From: Thainema sp.
GTDB taxonomy: Bacteria; Cyanobacteriota; Cyanobacteriia; Phormidesmidales; Phormidesmidaceae
Assembly: GCA_052168235.1 (NCBI GenBank)
Contig: JBQLZK010000049.1
Coordinates: 1-58,834, forward strand
Reading direction: 5' to 3'
Length of the DNA stretch: 58,834 nt
The position numbers and the translations under genes were made by a program. Under the pieces are notes generated by a model. That model was not told where the DNA came from. It did no database searches and saw nothing but the letters and a program-made list of their open reading frames with translations. Numbering within the stretch: position 1 is the stretch's first letter; each line of letters begins with the position of its first letter. This document shows positions 10,150 through 18,666 of the stretch, piece after piece.

Positions 10150-11580
10150 TTAGGCGGGTAGGGTTACTGTGAAAATGCTGCCTTTGCCGAGTTGGGACTG
10201 TACTTCGACTTGGCCGCCCAGGCAGGTGACGAGGGTTTTGACAATCGATAGGCCAAGTCCTGTGCCGCCCGTGGTGCGGCAGCGGTCGGCTTCGATGCGG
10301 TAAAACGGCTCGAACAGATGAATCAGGTGCTCTGGGGGAATCCCTTTGCCGCGATCGCAAACCTGGATGACAACTCGTTCTTGCTCTTGGCTGATGCGGA
10401 GCAGGATGGGCTGCTTGGCGTTGGCATATTTCACGGCGTTGTCTAATAGATTAATTAAAACTTGCTTGAGCCGTTGCCGATCGCTATAAATCTCTAAGTG
10501 AGAATTATTCAGGTCGAGCTGAATGCGATCGCGAAATGTCGGCGTTAGGTTAATAATGTCTAGCGCCAACTCCTTGAGCAGAATCGACTCTCGATGCAAG
10601 CGCAGATTGCCACTTTCAGCTCGCGCAAGTTCCAGCAAGTCACCCAATAGGTGCACAGTGCGATCGGCTTCGGAGGCGGCAATTTCGAGTCCTTCTCGCT
10701 GCGGATCGGTTAGATTCTGGCAGCGCCGCAGGGTGCTTTGCAGATAGCCATGAACCAGAGTGAGCGGGGTACGCAATTCATGGGAGATATTGCTGACAAA
10801 TTGGCGCTGCTGTGTCCAAGCCATTGATAGGCGAGACAGCATGTTGTTAAACGCCTGGGCCAGTTCCTGCACTTCAGAGGGGGCTTGGCGTAAATCCAAG
10901 TGAGCCTGATCTAGATCTTGAGCGGAAACTTCGCCTGCCAGCAAGCTCATTTTGCGCAGTGGTCGCAGCGATCGGCGGATATACCAAGCGATGATCACGG
11001 CCATAATGATGGCACCGAAAAAGCTGGCAATGCTCAGAGTACGCACCACCATCAGTAAGCTTCTTTGATCGCGAGTAATGTCTTCGGCAACATAAATACG
11101 GCCAATGGGTGTTCCATTGACCTCAAAGGGACCACCGCAGAGAACTAGATAGCGATCGCCAATGCGCTGCACGTCCGGCCAAACAATTGACCCTGATAGA
11201 TCCAATAGCTCTTGTGCTGTTCCGTCGCGTTGCCAAGAGGTGGTGTTGAGCGTATCAGATTGGGCAATGGGCTGATCGGTTTGCTGATCGCTAATCCAGA
11301 GGACTAAGTTAGGCGTGGTGCGGCTATCGATTGATTTTTGCAGGGCTTCTGGTAAGGACATCATCGTGCGGTAAGCGGCTGTGTCCTGCTCAACCCGCTC
11401 GGCAACATTCACGATATTTTCTTTGCGGCTGGCGACAAGAATCTGCTGCATACGCCAGCTTGTCCAGCCCGCAATGCTGCCAATGGCAATCACAGACACC
11501 GCCGTCACGCCTGCTGTCAGCCGAAACTGAAGCGACGAGGGCATAATGCGTGTGATCGATTGGCGAAGGGATTGCAGCAT
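10150..11580 (-). CDS. HAMP-domain membrane histidine kinase, likely cognate of the downstream OmpR regulator
   Basis: 2 TMs, HAMP, H-box ISHELRTPLT, NLLDNAVKY, DRGKGI, GGTGLGL. Confidence 0.94.
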   Translation of the reverse strand: MLQSLRQSITRIMPSSLQFRLTAGVTAVSVIAIGSIAGWTSWRMQQILVASRKENIVNVAERVEQDTAAYRTMMSLPEALQKSIDSRTTPNLVLWISDQQTDQPIAQSDTLNTTSWQRDGTAQELLDLSGSIVWPDVQRIGDRYLVLCGGPFEVNGTPIGRIYVAEDITRDQRSLLMVVRTLSIASFFGAIIMAVIIAWYIRRSLRPLRKMSLLAGEVSAQDLDQAHLDLRQAPSEVQELAQAFNNMLSRLSMAWTQQRQFVSNISHELRTPLTLVHGYLQSTLRRCQNLTDPQREGLEIAASEADRTVHLLGDLLELARAESGNLRLHRESILLKELALDIINLTPTFRDRIQLDLNNSHLEIYSDRQRLKQVLINLLDNAVKYANAKQPILLRISQEQERVVIQVCDRGKGIPPEHLIHLFEPFYRIEADRCRTTGGTGLGLSIVKTLVTCLGGQVEVQSQLGKGSIFTVTLPA

Positions 11581-11904
11581 AGGGAATGGGTGTTCTAGTT
11601 AGTTTTACGCTATCACCTGTTTCTGAGAGTTTGCTGATAAGGGGTTCAGCGTTGCCTTAAAGATAAATGTCCAAGGATAAACGCCGAAGATAAATACTTT
11701 ACATCGTAGAGTTAGCCCCGCCCATCAAGGTAATTGGTTGAGGTAATCAGTTAAAATGTCTTTACCGAATATGCATTACAGCCATAACTTATCACTAGTA
11801 TTTGCGCTGTATTTAACTCATCAGTTTTAGCCCTAAATGGGGCAATTGGGTGTATGGGCAGTGCCCAGTTTGCAGTTAATTGAGATAGTTAAGATCGAAT
11901 CATT

Positions 11905-12459
11905 ATGTTGAAGCTTTATGGTGGAGCGCGCAGTCGGGCTTCGATTGTGCAGTGGTATCTAGAGGAGATACAGGTTCCTTATGAATTTGTAAAACTTGAC
12001 CTGCAAGCTGGAGAACAGCGTCAGCCAGAGTTTTTGTCGATTAATCCCTTTGGTAAAGTGCCCGCCATCGTTGATGGGGATCTCAAGCTGTGGGAATCGG
12101 GTGCCATTTTGCTCTATTTGGCTGAAAAGTATGGCGGTGAGGCTGATACCGTTGAGCAACGAGCAGTTTTAGCTCAGTGGGTGCTGTTTGCCAATGCCAC
12201 CCTTGGTCCTGGTGTATTCGTTGAAAGCAGCCGCGAGAAGGAAATGCCGCGTCTGTTTGCCGCGTTAAACCAGCATTTTGCATCTTCTCAATATGTCGTA
12301 GGCGATCAGTTTGGTATGGCCGATGTAGCGGTAGGTTCTTATTTGGCCTATATTCCGATGATGCTGCAAATTGGCTATGACGACTATCCTGCGATCGCAG
12401 ATTACTTGCAGCGAATGATTTCGCGTCCAGCATTCAAGCAGACTATCGGTGCCCGCTAG
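11905..12459 (+). CDS. Glutathione S-transferase
   Basis: SRAS active-site motif, INPFGKVPAI, LWESGAILLYLA, ADV N-capping motif. Confidence 0.93.
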   Translation: MLKLYGGARSRASIVQWYLEEIQVPYEFVKLDLQAGEQRQPEFLSINPFGKVPAIVDGDLKLWESGAILLYLAEKYGGEADTVEQRAVLAQWVLFANATLGPGVFVESSREKEMPRLFAALNQHFASSQYVVGDQFGMADVAVGSYLAYIPMMLQIGYDDYPAIADYLQRMISRPAFKQTIGAR

Positions 12460-12512
12460 TTGACCTGACTGAACTGATCTGCCCAACTGCCCGATCAATC
12501 TGTCTAAAACTA

Positions 12513-12866
12513 ATGTCAAACTGTCCCCGCTGCCATCAACCCGTCGATCCTCAGGCGATTGAGTGTCCCTACTGCCGGACATCGCTGAAGGCATACGGTC
12601 ATCCCGGCATGACCCTACATCGCTCAGAGACAGGCGATTATCTGTGTCAAACCTGTGCCTACGAAGCCGACGACACCTGCACCTATCCCCAACGTCCTTA
12701 CGCCACCGAGTGTCTACTCTACACCGACGTTAATAAGCCCACCTCGATCGAACAACCCACCCTCAGTCAACGAGCCCAACTACGGCTGTGGTTAAAGCGT
12801 AACGGTGTATGGGTGCTATTAGCCTGCCTGATTGGCATTAGCCTATTAACGGCCCTACTAAATTGA
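12513..12866 (+). CDS. Zinc-ribbon protein with C-terminal membrane anchor
   Basis: CPRC...CPYC, second Cys cluster (CQTC..C..C), hydrophobic C-terminus. Confidence 0.8.
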   Translation: MSNCPRCHQPVDPQAIECPYCRTSLKAYGHPGMTLHRSETGDYLCQTCAYEADDTCTYPQRPYATECLLYTDVNKPTSIEQPTLSQRAQLRLWLKRNGVWVLLACLIGISLLTALLN

Positions 12867-12949
12867 GAAATGAATTGAGAAATGCAGAAATAGGCAAATA
12901 GACGGCACAGAGCCAACTACAGCTATTTCTCCTACTGTCCTACCGCTCA

Positions 12950-15900
12950 CTATTTCTCCGTAAACCGCCACACCCCATCCCACACATCAGATACACCGTG
13001 GTTGATGAGATGTTGAATGCGATCGCAGTATAACTCAGCCGCGCGATCCTCCGGATTTACAGCCAGTACCTGTTCAAAAGCGGCTTTCGCTTCAGCAAAA
13101 GACTGCCGCCGATAGGTCTGAATACCGTGCTTGAAGTCTGCTTGCGTGGCCAGCTTGAGCTGCTGCTGGTCTGCGGTTTCGGCATCCAGAACTTCGTAAA
13201 TGGAAATCGGTTCGTTGCGGCCTTTAACCGCTACGCAGTCCACAAAGCGCATCTGATACGGCGCAGTTTCGTCGAGCTGATCGACCACCTGTTCCGAAAT
13301 TAAAAACGCAACGCCGTAGAACTTGGTCAATCCTTCCAAGCGGGCAGTGAGGTTAATGTTGTCCGAAATTGTATCGGCCTGTAGACGGCTGGGTTCACCG
13401 ACGATGCCCACCATCATGTAGCCCACATGCAAGCCGATGCCGACGCGAATGGCGGGTAGTCCCTGCGCTTGCCGCTGCTGATTGTAATCCTGCACTCGCT
13501 TGAGCTGGGCAATTCCCGACCGGACAGCATCGTCTACCTTGCGCGGAAAAACGGCCATTACGCCATCGCCCATGTATTTGATAATCAGGCCGTGGTGATG
13601 GCGAATTTCGGGACTGACCTGCTGCAAATAGGCATTGATAAAGTCGAAGTTTTCCTGGGGCGACATCTGCTCCGACAGCGTTGTGAAGGCGCGAATGTCA
13701 GAGAACATGACCGCCATTTCGCGGCTGATATTGTCGCCTAGATTAATTTGGGTGATTTCCTTATCGAGAAACGCCAAATATTCCGGCGGCACAAAGCGAC
13801 TATAGGCATCCGTCAGCTCCACTTGGCGGGTATAGAGACGGGCATTTTCGATGGAGATGGCGGCCTGCGCCGACAGGATTTTCAGCACTTCCAGCCGTTC
13901 GGCGGTGAAGGCACCAACAGCTAAATTATTTTCCAGATAGGCCACGCTGATCAGCTTGCCTTGATAGATCAGCGGCAGGCACAGTACCGATTTGGGCTGA
14001 CGAGTCTGAATGTAGGGATCATGGGCAAACTGCTCATCCTGTGTGGCATCGTGCAGCAGGACGGCTTCTTCGGTGCGGGTGACGTAGTTGATAATGGTGA
14101 CGGGCAGGGTATTGTCTAGTCCGGCGTTGACTACTTCTGTGTTGTGTACGCCCTGATCGCTGTTTGACTGGGCCACCGAACCACTGGCTCGCACCTGCCA
14201 TTCGCCATTGTGTTCCAGCAGCAAGTGCCCGGTTTCAGCTCCCGCATTTTCGATCACTAAGGCCATCATCTGTTCCAACAGCTTATCTAGCAGAATTTCC
14301 TGCGATAGCGTTTGGGAAGCTTTGATAATGCTGTAGATATCGAGTCCCGCACCTGTTTTGCTCGAACTAGAGCTGGAGGCATAGCGGCTGGTCGTCGATT
14401 CCTGATCCATAGACGCCGTACCGCTGCTGAAGGGTGCGATCGCAGATTCGGTTTTCAAATACGGATAGTGAGCATCCAAATCCGCTACTTTTGCGATCGC
14501 GCCCCACTGCAAATAGGCATGGCGCGCTTCCATCAAATAGGCTCTGGCAATGACTGTATTGCCCTGGTCGGTGTAGAACTGCGCTAATCGCTCATTTGCG
14601 ATCGCATTATCTTGGATGTAGCCAAACTGTTGGGCCAGTTGGATGGCCTGTTCGTAGCAGTGCTGCGCCTCAGTGATGCGATTGCGCAGTCGCGCCATTT
14701 CCGCTTTCACGAGCAGATAGCGATGCTGATAATTAGCCGGACTATGGTGTGCCCATTCTTTAAGCTGGCGTTCGTACTGTTTGAGCCGCTTCCATGCATT
14801 CTGCTGAGCGGTACCTGCCAAGGACGGATAGCGAACGGCCAAGCAGAGGGCTGACTGAAACACCTGCTGCACGACTCGCGCCAGACCATAGGCGGAACCG
14901 ATAGTTTGCTCTGCTGCATCTGCCATCTGAGCCGCTTGCTCATAGTCTCCAGCCATAAAGTAGAGCGCAGATTTGACAATGTAGTACCAGTTCAGCGCCC
15001 CAATCAGCCCTGGATTCTGCAAGATGGCAACGTGCTGTTCTTCGTCGAACTGGCCATCACTGAGGCTAGTTGAGCTCTGGGTTTGCCCCTTTAAGCAGCG
15101 AGCCATCTGGCGAGTGACGTAAAAGAAGGTTGGTGTGTATTGTTCCCCCACCTGCTGAGCATAATCTAAATGGGTTTGCACATCCGCTGCGACTTTTTCC
15201 AGGGGTATGCCCAGCAAAATTTGTCGCATATCCAGCACGTTATTGGCATAGCAAGCCCAGATTAAATCGCCATATTCAATGCCAAATCGAAATGCCGTTT
15301 TTAGATGGTTAATATCTTCTCGAGAATGATTAGTCCAGTGATTAATAAAACCGCCAAAGAGGAAGTAGGTTTTACACTTTAACTCCGGTGTATTAAAGCG
15401 CTCAACTAACTCCAGCGCCAGCTTGCCAAACTGATAGCGATTTTGATACTCCTTTAGCTTTTCACCCAGGAATCGGCCCAGCCCCAAATAGGCCACGGCT
15501 GAAACTGCCGAGTTACCATACTGTAGCGACAGACTCGACATCCGCAGATAAAACAGATCGGACAGCGCCATATCTGTGTAGTACAGCGCCGGAATTACCT
15601 GCGCCATCAGATACACCTGAGACAGGTAGATCGGATTGTCCATGATGGGCAGATCAACCAGTTGAGCAACCGGGCGATTCCGCAACCGCAGCTTGATTTT
15701 GAGCACTTCCGCAATCGTAGCCCGTTGGACAGCGGTTTGACCTTCGGGCACTGTCCAACCGAGTAAACGTAAGCCTTCTTTCCCTAATGAAATAACTTCG
15801 GTAAACTTACCCAATGTGGTATTCAAGACAATTTGAATGCTGTAAATCTGCGCCTTTTTAATCGCAGTTTTAGCCTGTTCTAGAACTACCTTGAAAAGTG

Positions 15901-18370
15901 TTTCAGCTTGGGCAAAATTGCCGCATAGATAGGCACATTCAAAGCATTCTTTATGCAGATTAAAGGCCAGTTGATACTGCAATTGCCAACAGTCTTCTGC
16001 CAGTAAATGAATACCCGTTTCTAAATAGCTAAATGCCGATTCATAGGCCACAGCGGACTTGGCTTTTTGGCCAGCCTGGAGATTCAGTTCCGCCAATTGC
16101 TGACGCTCAGCCACATCAGTGATCAGCGCCATGCCCTGATTGAGCTGATTGACCACTTCAAACTCAAAGTCGCCATCCGACTGACTGGTGCGATCGCACT
16201 TTAACAAACGGCCAATTTTGAGATGAACTGCCTGTCGCTCGGCATCGGCAATCAATTCATAGGCCGCCTGCTGCACCCGGTCATGCAGAAAGCGATGGGT
16301 GATTCCGTCTACGGTCGAATCGATTAGTTCCGCCAGTTCTGCTTCGGTTAAACCCGTCGGCACCTGTCCGGCGTTGCCCTGCTGAACAATAACCTGATCG
16401 CGTAGCGGTTCGGCCAAATTCGCGACTACTTCGGTCAGGGACTGTTCGGCAATGACCGCCAGCGTCTTGAGATTGAACTGATTGCCAATACAGGCGGCTA
16501 ACTGGAGCAGATGCTGCGATCGCATCGGCAGTCGCCGCAGCTTGATCATCATCAAATCAATCACATTTTCGGTGATGCCTGCCGCCTGCGCCTGCGCCAA
16601 ATCCCACTGCCAGCGCCGTTGCTCCCGATTAAACGCCAGAATCTGCTCGTCGTAAAAATAGTTGAGCAGTTGATTGAGGAAAAAGGGATTGCCATTGGTT
16701 TTTGCGATCGCAACTTCGGCCAGATCTTTTACCTGATCCGGTGTGGTATCTAGACTATCGGCCAGCAGATGCTGGACGGTGGTGAAACTCAGCGGGTTCA
16801 GATGAATATCCGTCCGGTTCACCTGCGCCTGGCTTAAATCCTCCAGCAGCGTCATCAGCGGATGCGCCGCATAGACTTCGTTATCGCGATAGGCTCCAAT
16901 CAGCAGCAGATAGGCCCCATTGGGCGATGTGAGCAGGTTTTGAATCAGCCGTAGCGATGCTGAATCGGCCCACTGCAAATCGTCTAAAAACAGGACGAGG
17001 GGATGTTCTGGCCGAGTGAATACCTCGACAAACTGCTGAAACACCCGATTAAAGCGGTTCTGGGCTTCGCTGGGGCCAAGACTGGGCACCGCAGGCTGCT
17101 CGCCAATAATCCGCTCCACTTCCGGGATCACGTCGATGATCACCTGACCGTTGACCCCTAATGCCGCTTCCAGTTGTAGTCGCCACTGGCCGATCCGCTG
17201 GGGTGGCTCAGTCAAAATCTGGCGAATCAGTCCCCGAAAAGCCTGAATCAGCGACGCATAGGGCACGTTGCGCTGGAGCTGATCAAACTTTCCGGTGATG
17301 AAATAGCCTCGCTGCCGCGTCATTGGCTTATGCACTTCCTGAATCAGCGCCGTTTTGCCAATCCCGGAGAAGCCCGCCACCAGCATTAGCTCGATTGCGC
17401 CTTCAGAAACGCGGCCAAAGGCATCCAGCAGCGTCTGCACTTCGGTTTCACGACCGTAGAGCTTTTGCGAAATCTGTAAGCGATCGCAAAAATCAGCCTG
17501 CCCCAGAGGAAATGATGCAATTTTGCCGGTTGCACCTAATCCGACCGATCTCAATTGATCCAGACACTGCTGTAAATCAAAAATTAGCCCCTCAGCACTC
17601 TGATAGCGATCCTCCGCATTTTTGGCCATCAGCTTCAGCACAATCTCGGCCAGCGGTTGCGGAATGTTGGGATTGTGGACTTGGGGCGAAGTGGGCTGCT
17701 TGGCAATGTGGCAATGCACCAACTCCAGCGGTTCACTGGATTGAAACGGTAGCAGCCCTGTCAGCAGGTGATAGAACGTAATTCCGAGAGAATAAAAATC
17801 GCTACGGTAGTCCATGACCCGGTTCATGCGGCCCGTCTGTTCGGGCGACATATAGGCCAGTGTGCCCTCCATCAGGTTTAGGTTTTGCGCCTCCTGATTC
17901 TCCATCAGCAGCCGCGATGAAATGCCAAAGTCAATGAACTTGACGGCTTTGTTGCGGGGATGAATCAGGATATTTTGCGGCTTAATGTCTTTATGGGTAA
18001 TGCCGTATTGATGTAGCAGCTTTAGGTGCTGCGTCATCTCAATCGCAACGGTCATAAACAGGCGAATATTTTGCTGAAAGGTTGCCGTGAGTTCATAAAT
18101 TGGTACGCCACCAAAGTCTTCTAGCACCAGCAGCAAATGCTTATCTTGCTGCTCTATCCGATAGGGGCGAACCACACCTTCAATATCAACACCCTGCAAA
18201 ATCTCATACTGATGCTTCAGCTTGGCAATGTCGCGCAGGCTGGGATAAAGCTGACGGTGGGTTTTAAGCACCACGGACTTATGGGTTGCAGCCTCCAGCG
18301 CTCGACAAACGATTGACTTCATTCCTTCGTGGATGACTTCTGTAATTTGATATCCAGGAATCGTCAACAT
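12950..18370 (-). CDS. Multidomain Ser/Thr kinase - AAA ATPase - helical repeats - GAF - class III nucleotidyl (adenylate) cyclase
   Basis: HKDIKPQN, DFG, YMSPE; Walker A GFSGIGKT, Walker B LFLDDLQWAD; GAF (SVLCLPL, YLENN); cyclase FSDIRAFT, KYMGDG, NLTARLE. Confidence 0.92.
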   Translation of the reverse strand: MLTIPGYQITEVIHEGMKSIVCRALEAATHKSVVLKTHRQLYPSLRDIAKLKHQYEILQGVDIEGVVRPYRIEQQDKHLLLVLEDFGGVPIYELTATFQQNIRLFMTVAIEMTQHLKLLHQYGITHKDIKPQNILIHPRNKAVKFIDFGISSRLLMENQEAQNLNLMEGTLAYMSPEQTGRMNRVMDYRSDFYSLGITFYHLLTGLLPFQSSEPLELVHCHIAKQPTSPQVHNPNIPQPLAEIVLKLMAKNAEDRYQSAEGLIFDLQQCLDQLRSVGLGATGKIASFPLGQADFCDRLQISQKLYGRETEVQTLLDAFGRVSEGAIELMLVAGFSGIGKTALIQEVHKPMTRQRGYFITGKFDQLQRNVPYASLIQAFRGLIRQILTEPPQRIGQWRLQLEAALGVNGQVIIDVIPEVERIIGEQPAVPSLGPSEAQNRFNRVFQQFVEVFTRPEHPLVLFLDDLQWADSASLRLIQNLLTSPNGAYLLLIGAYRDNEVYAAHPLMTLLEDLSQAQVNRTDIHLNPLSFTTVQHLLADSLDTTPDQVKDLAEVAIAKTNGNPFFLNQLLNYFYDEQILAFNREQRRWQWDLAQAQAAGITENVIDLMMIKLRRLPMRSQHLLQLAACIGNQFNLKTLAVIAEQSLTEVVANLAEPLRDQVIVQQGNAGQVPTGLTEAELAELIDSTVDGITHRFLHDRVQQAAYELIADAERQAVHLKIGRLLKCDRTSQSDGDFEFEVVNQLNQGMALITDVAERQQLAELNLQAGQKAKSAVAYESAFSYLETGIHLLAEDCWQLQYQLAFNLHKECFECAYLCGNFAQAETLFKVVLEQAKTAIKKAQIYSIQIVLNTTLGKFTEVISLGKEGLRLLGWTVPEGQTAVQRATIAEVLKIKLRLRNRPVAQLVDLPIMDNPIYLSQVYLMAQVIPALYYTDMALSDLFYLRMSSLSLQYGNSAVSAVAYLGLGRFLGEKLKEYQNRYQFGKLALELVERFNTPELKCKTYFLFGGFINHWTNHSREDINHLKTAFRFGIEYGDLIWACYANNVLDMRQILLGIPLEKVAADVQTHLDYAQQVGEQYTPTFFYVTRQMARCLKGQTQSSTSLSDGQFDEEQHVAILQNPGLIGALNWYYIVKSALYFMAGDYEQAAQMADAAEQTIGSAYGLARVVQQVFQSALCLAVRYPSLAGTAQQNAWKRLKQYERQLKEWAHHSPANYQHRYLLVKAEMARLRNRITEAQHCYEQAIQLAQQFGYIQDNAIANERLAQFYTDQGNTVIARAYLMEARHAYLQWGAIAKVADLDAHYPYLKTESAIAPFSSGTASMDQESTTSRYASSSSSSKTGAGLDIYSIIKASQTLSQEILLDKLLEQMMALVIENAGAETGHLLLEHNGEWQVRASGSVAQSNSDQGVHNTEVVNAGLDNTLPVTIINYVTRTEEAVLLHDATQDEQFAHDPYIQTRQPKSVLCLPLIYQGKLISVAYLENNLAVGAFTAERLEVLKILSAQAAISIENARLYTRQVELTDAYSRFVPPEYLAFLDKEITQINLGDNISREMAVMFSDIRAFTTLSEQMSPQENFDFINAYLQQVSPEIRHHHGLIIKYMGDGVMAVFPRKVDDAVRSGIAQLKRVQDYNQQRQAQGLPAIRVGIGLHVGYMMVGIVGEPSRLQADTISDNINLTARLEGLTKFYGVAFLISEQVVDQLDETAPYQMRFVDCVAVKGRNEPISIYEVLDAETADQQQLKLATQADFKHGIQTYRRQSFAEAKAAFEQVLAVNPEDRAAELYCDRIQHLINHGVSDVWDGVWRFTEK

Positions 18371-18575
18371 GATGTGCAGAGTATAGGTTGAACGGCGTGA
18401 GTACTGAAGCTGCCCCTGATGCTGCGTGGCTCAAATTACCCTGTAGGTTTGCCTGATATTCCCAATGATCATGCATATATCAGGTTTTTAACTATCATTA
18501 CGGCTGAAACATTGTCAGGATTATATAGCGAACTTCGTAGGATTTTGAGCCACATCAGTCGGTTGGATCGCTAAA

Positions 18576-18631
18576 TCTCAACACCAGAATTTCAACGTCA
18601 GAATCTCAATGCCAGAATCTCAATGCCAGAA
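18576..18631. repeat. 4 x 14-bp tandem repeat
   Basis: TCTCAACACCAGAA TTTCAACGTCAGAA TCTCAATGCCAGAA TCTCAATGCCAGAA. Confidence 0.85.
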
Positions 18632-18666
18632 CTAGAGATTCATCCTCGTGGAATTGGGGTTAGCGT

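Noticed and set aside
12862..12885. AATTGAGAAATG duplicated across the zinc-ribbon stop
   Set aside because: Single 12-bp slippage; no element between copies, so not a target-site duplication
18576..18631. Tandem repeat considered as a mini-CRISPR
   Set aside because: 14-bp units with no spacers and no cas genes
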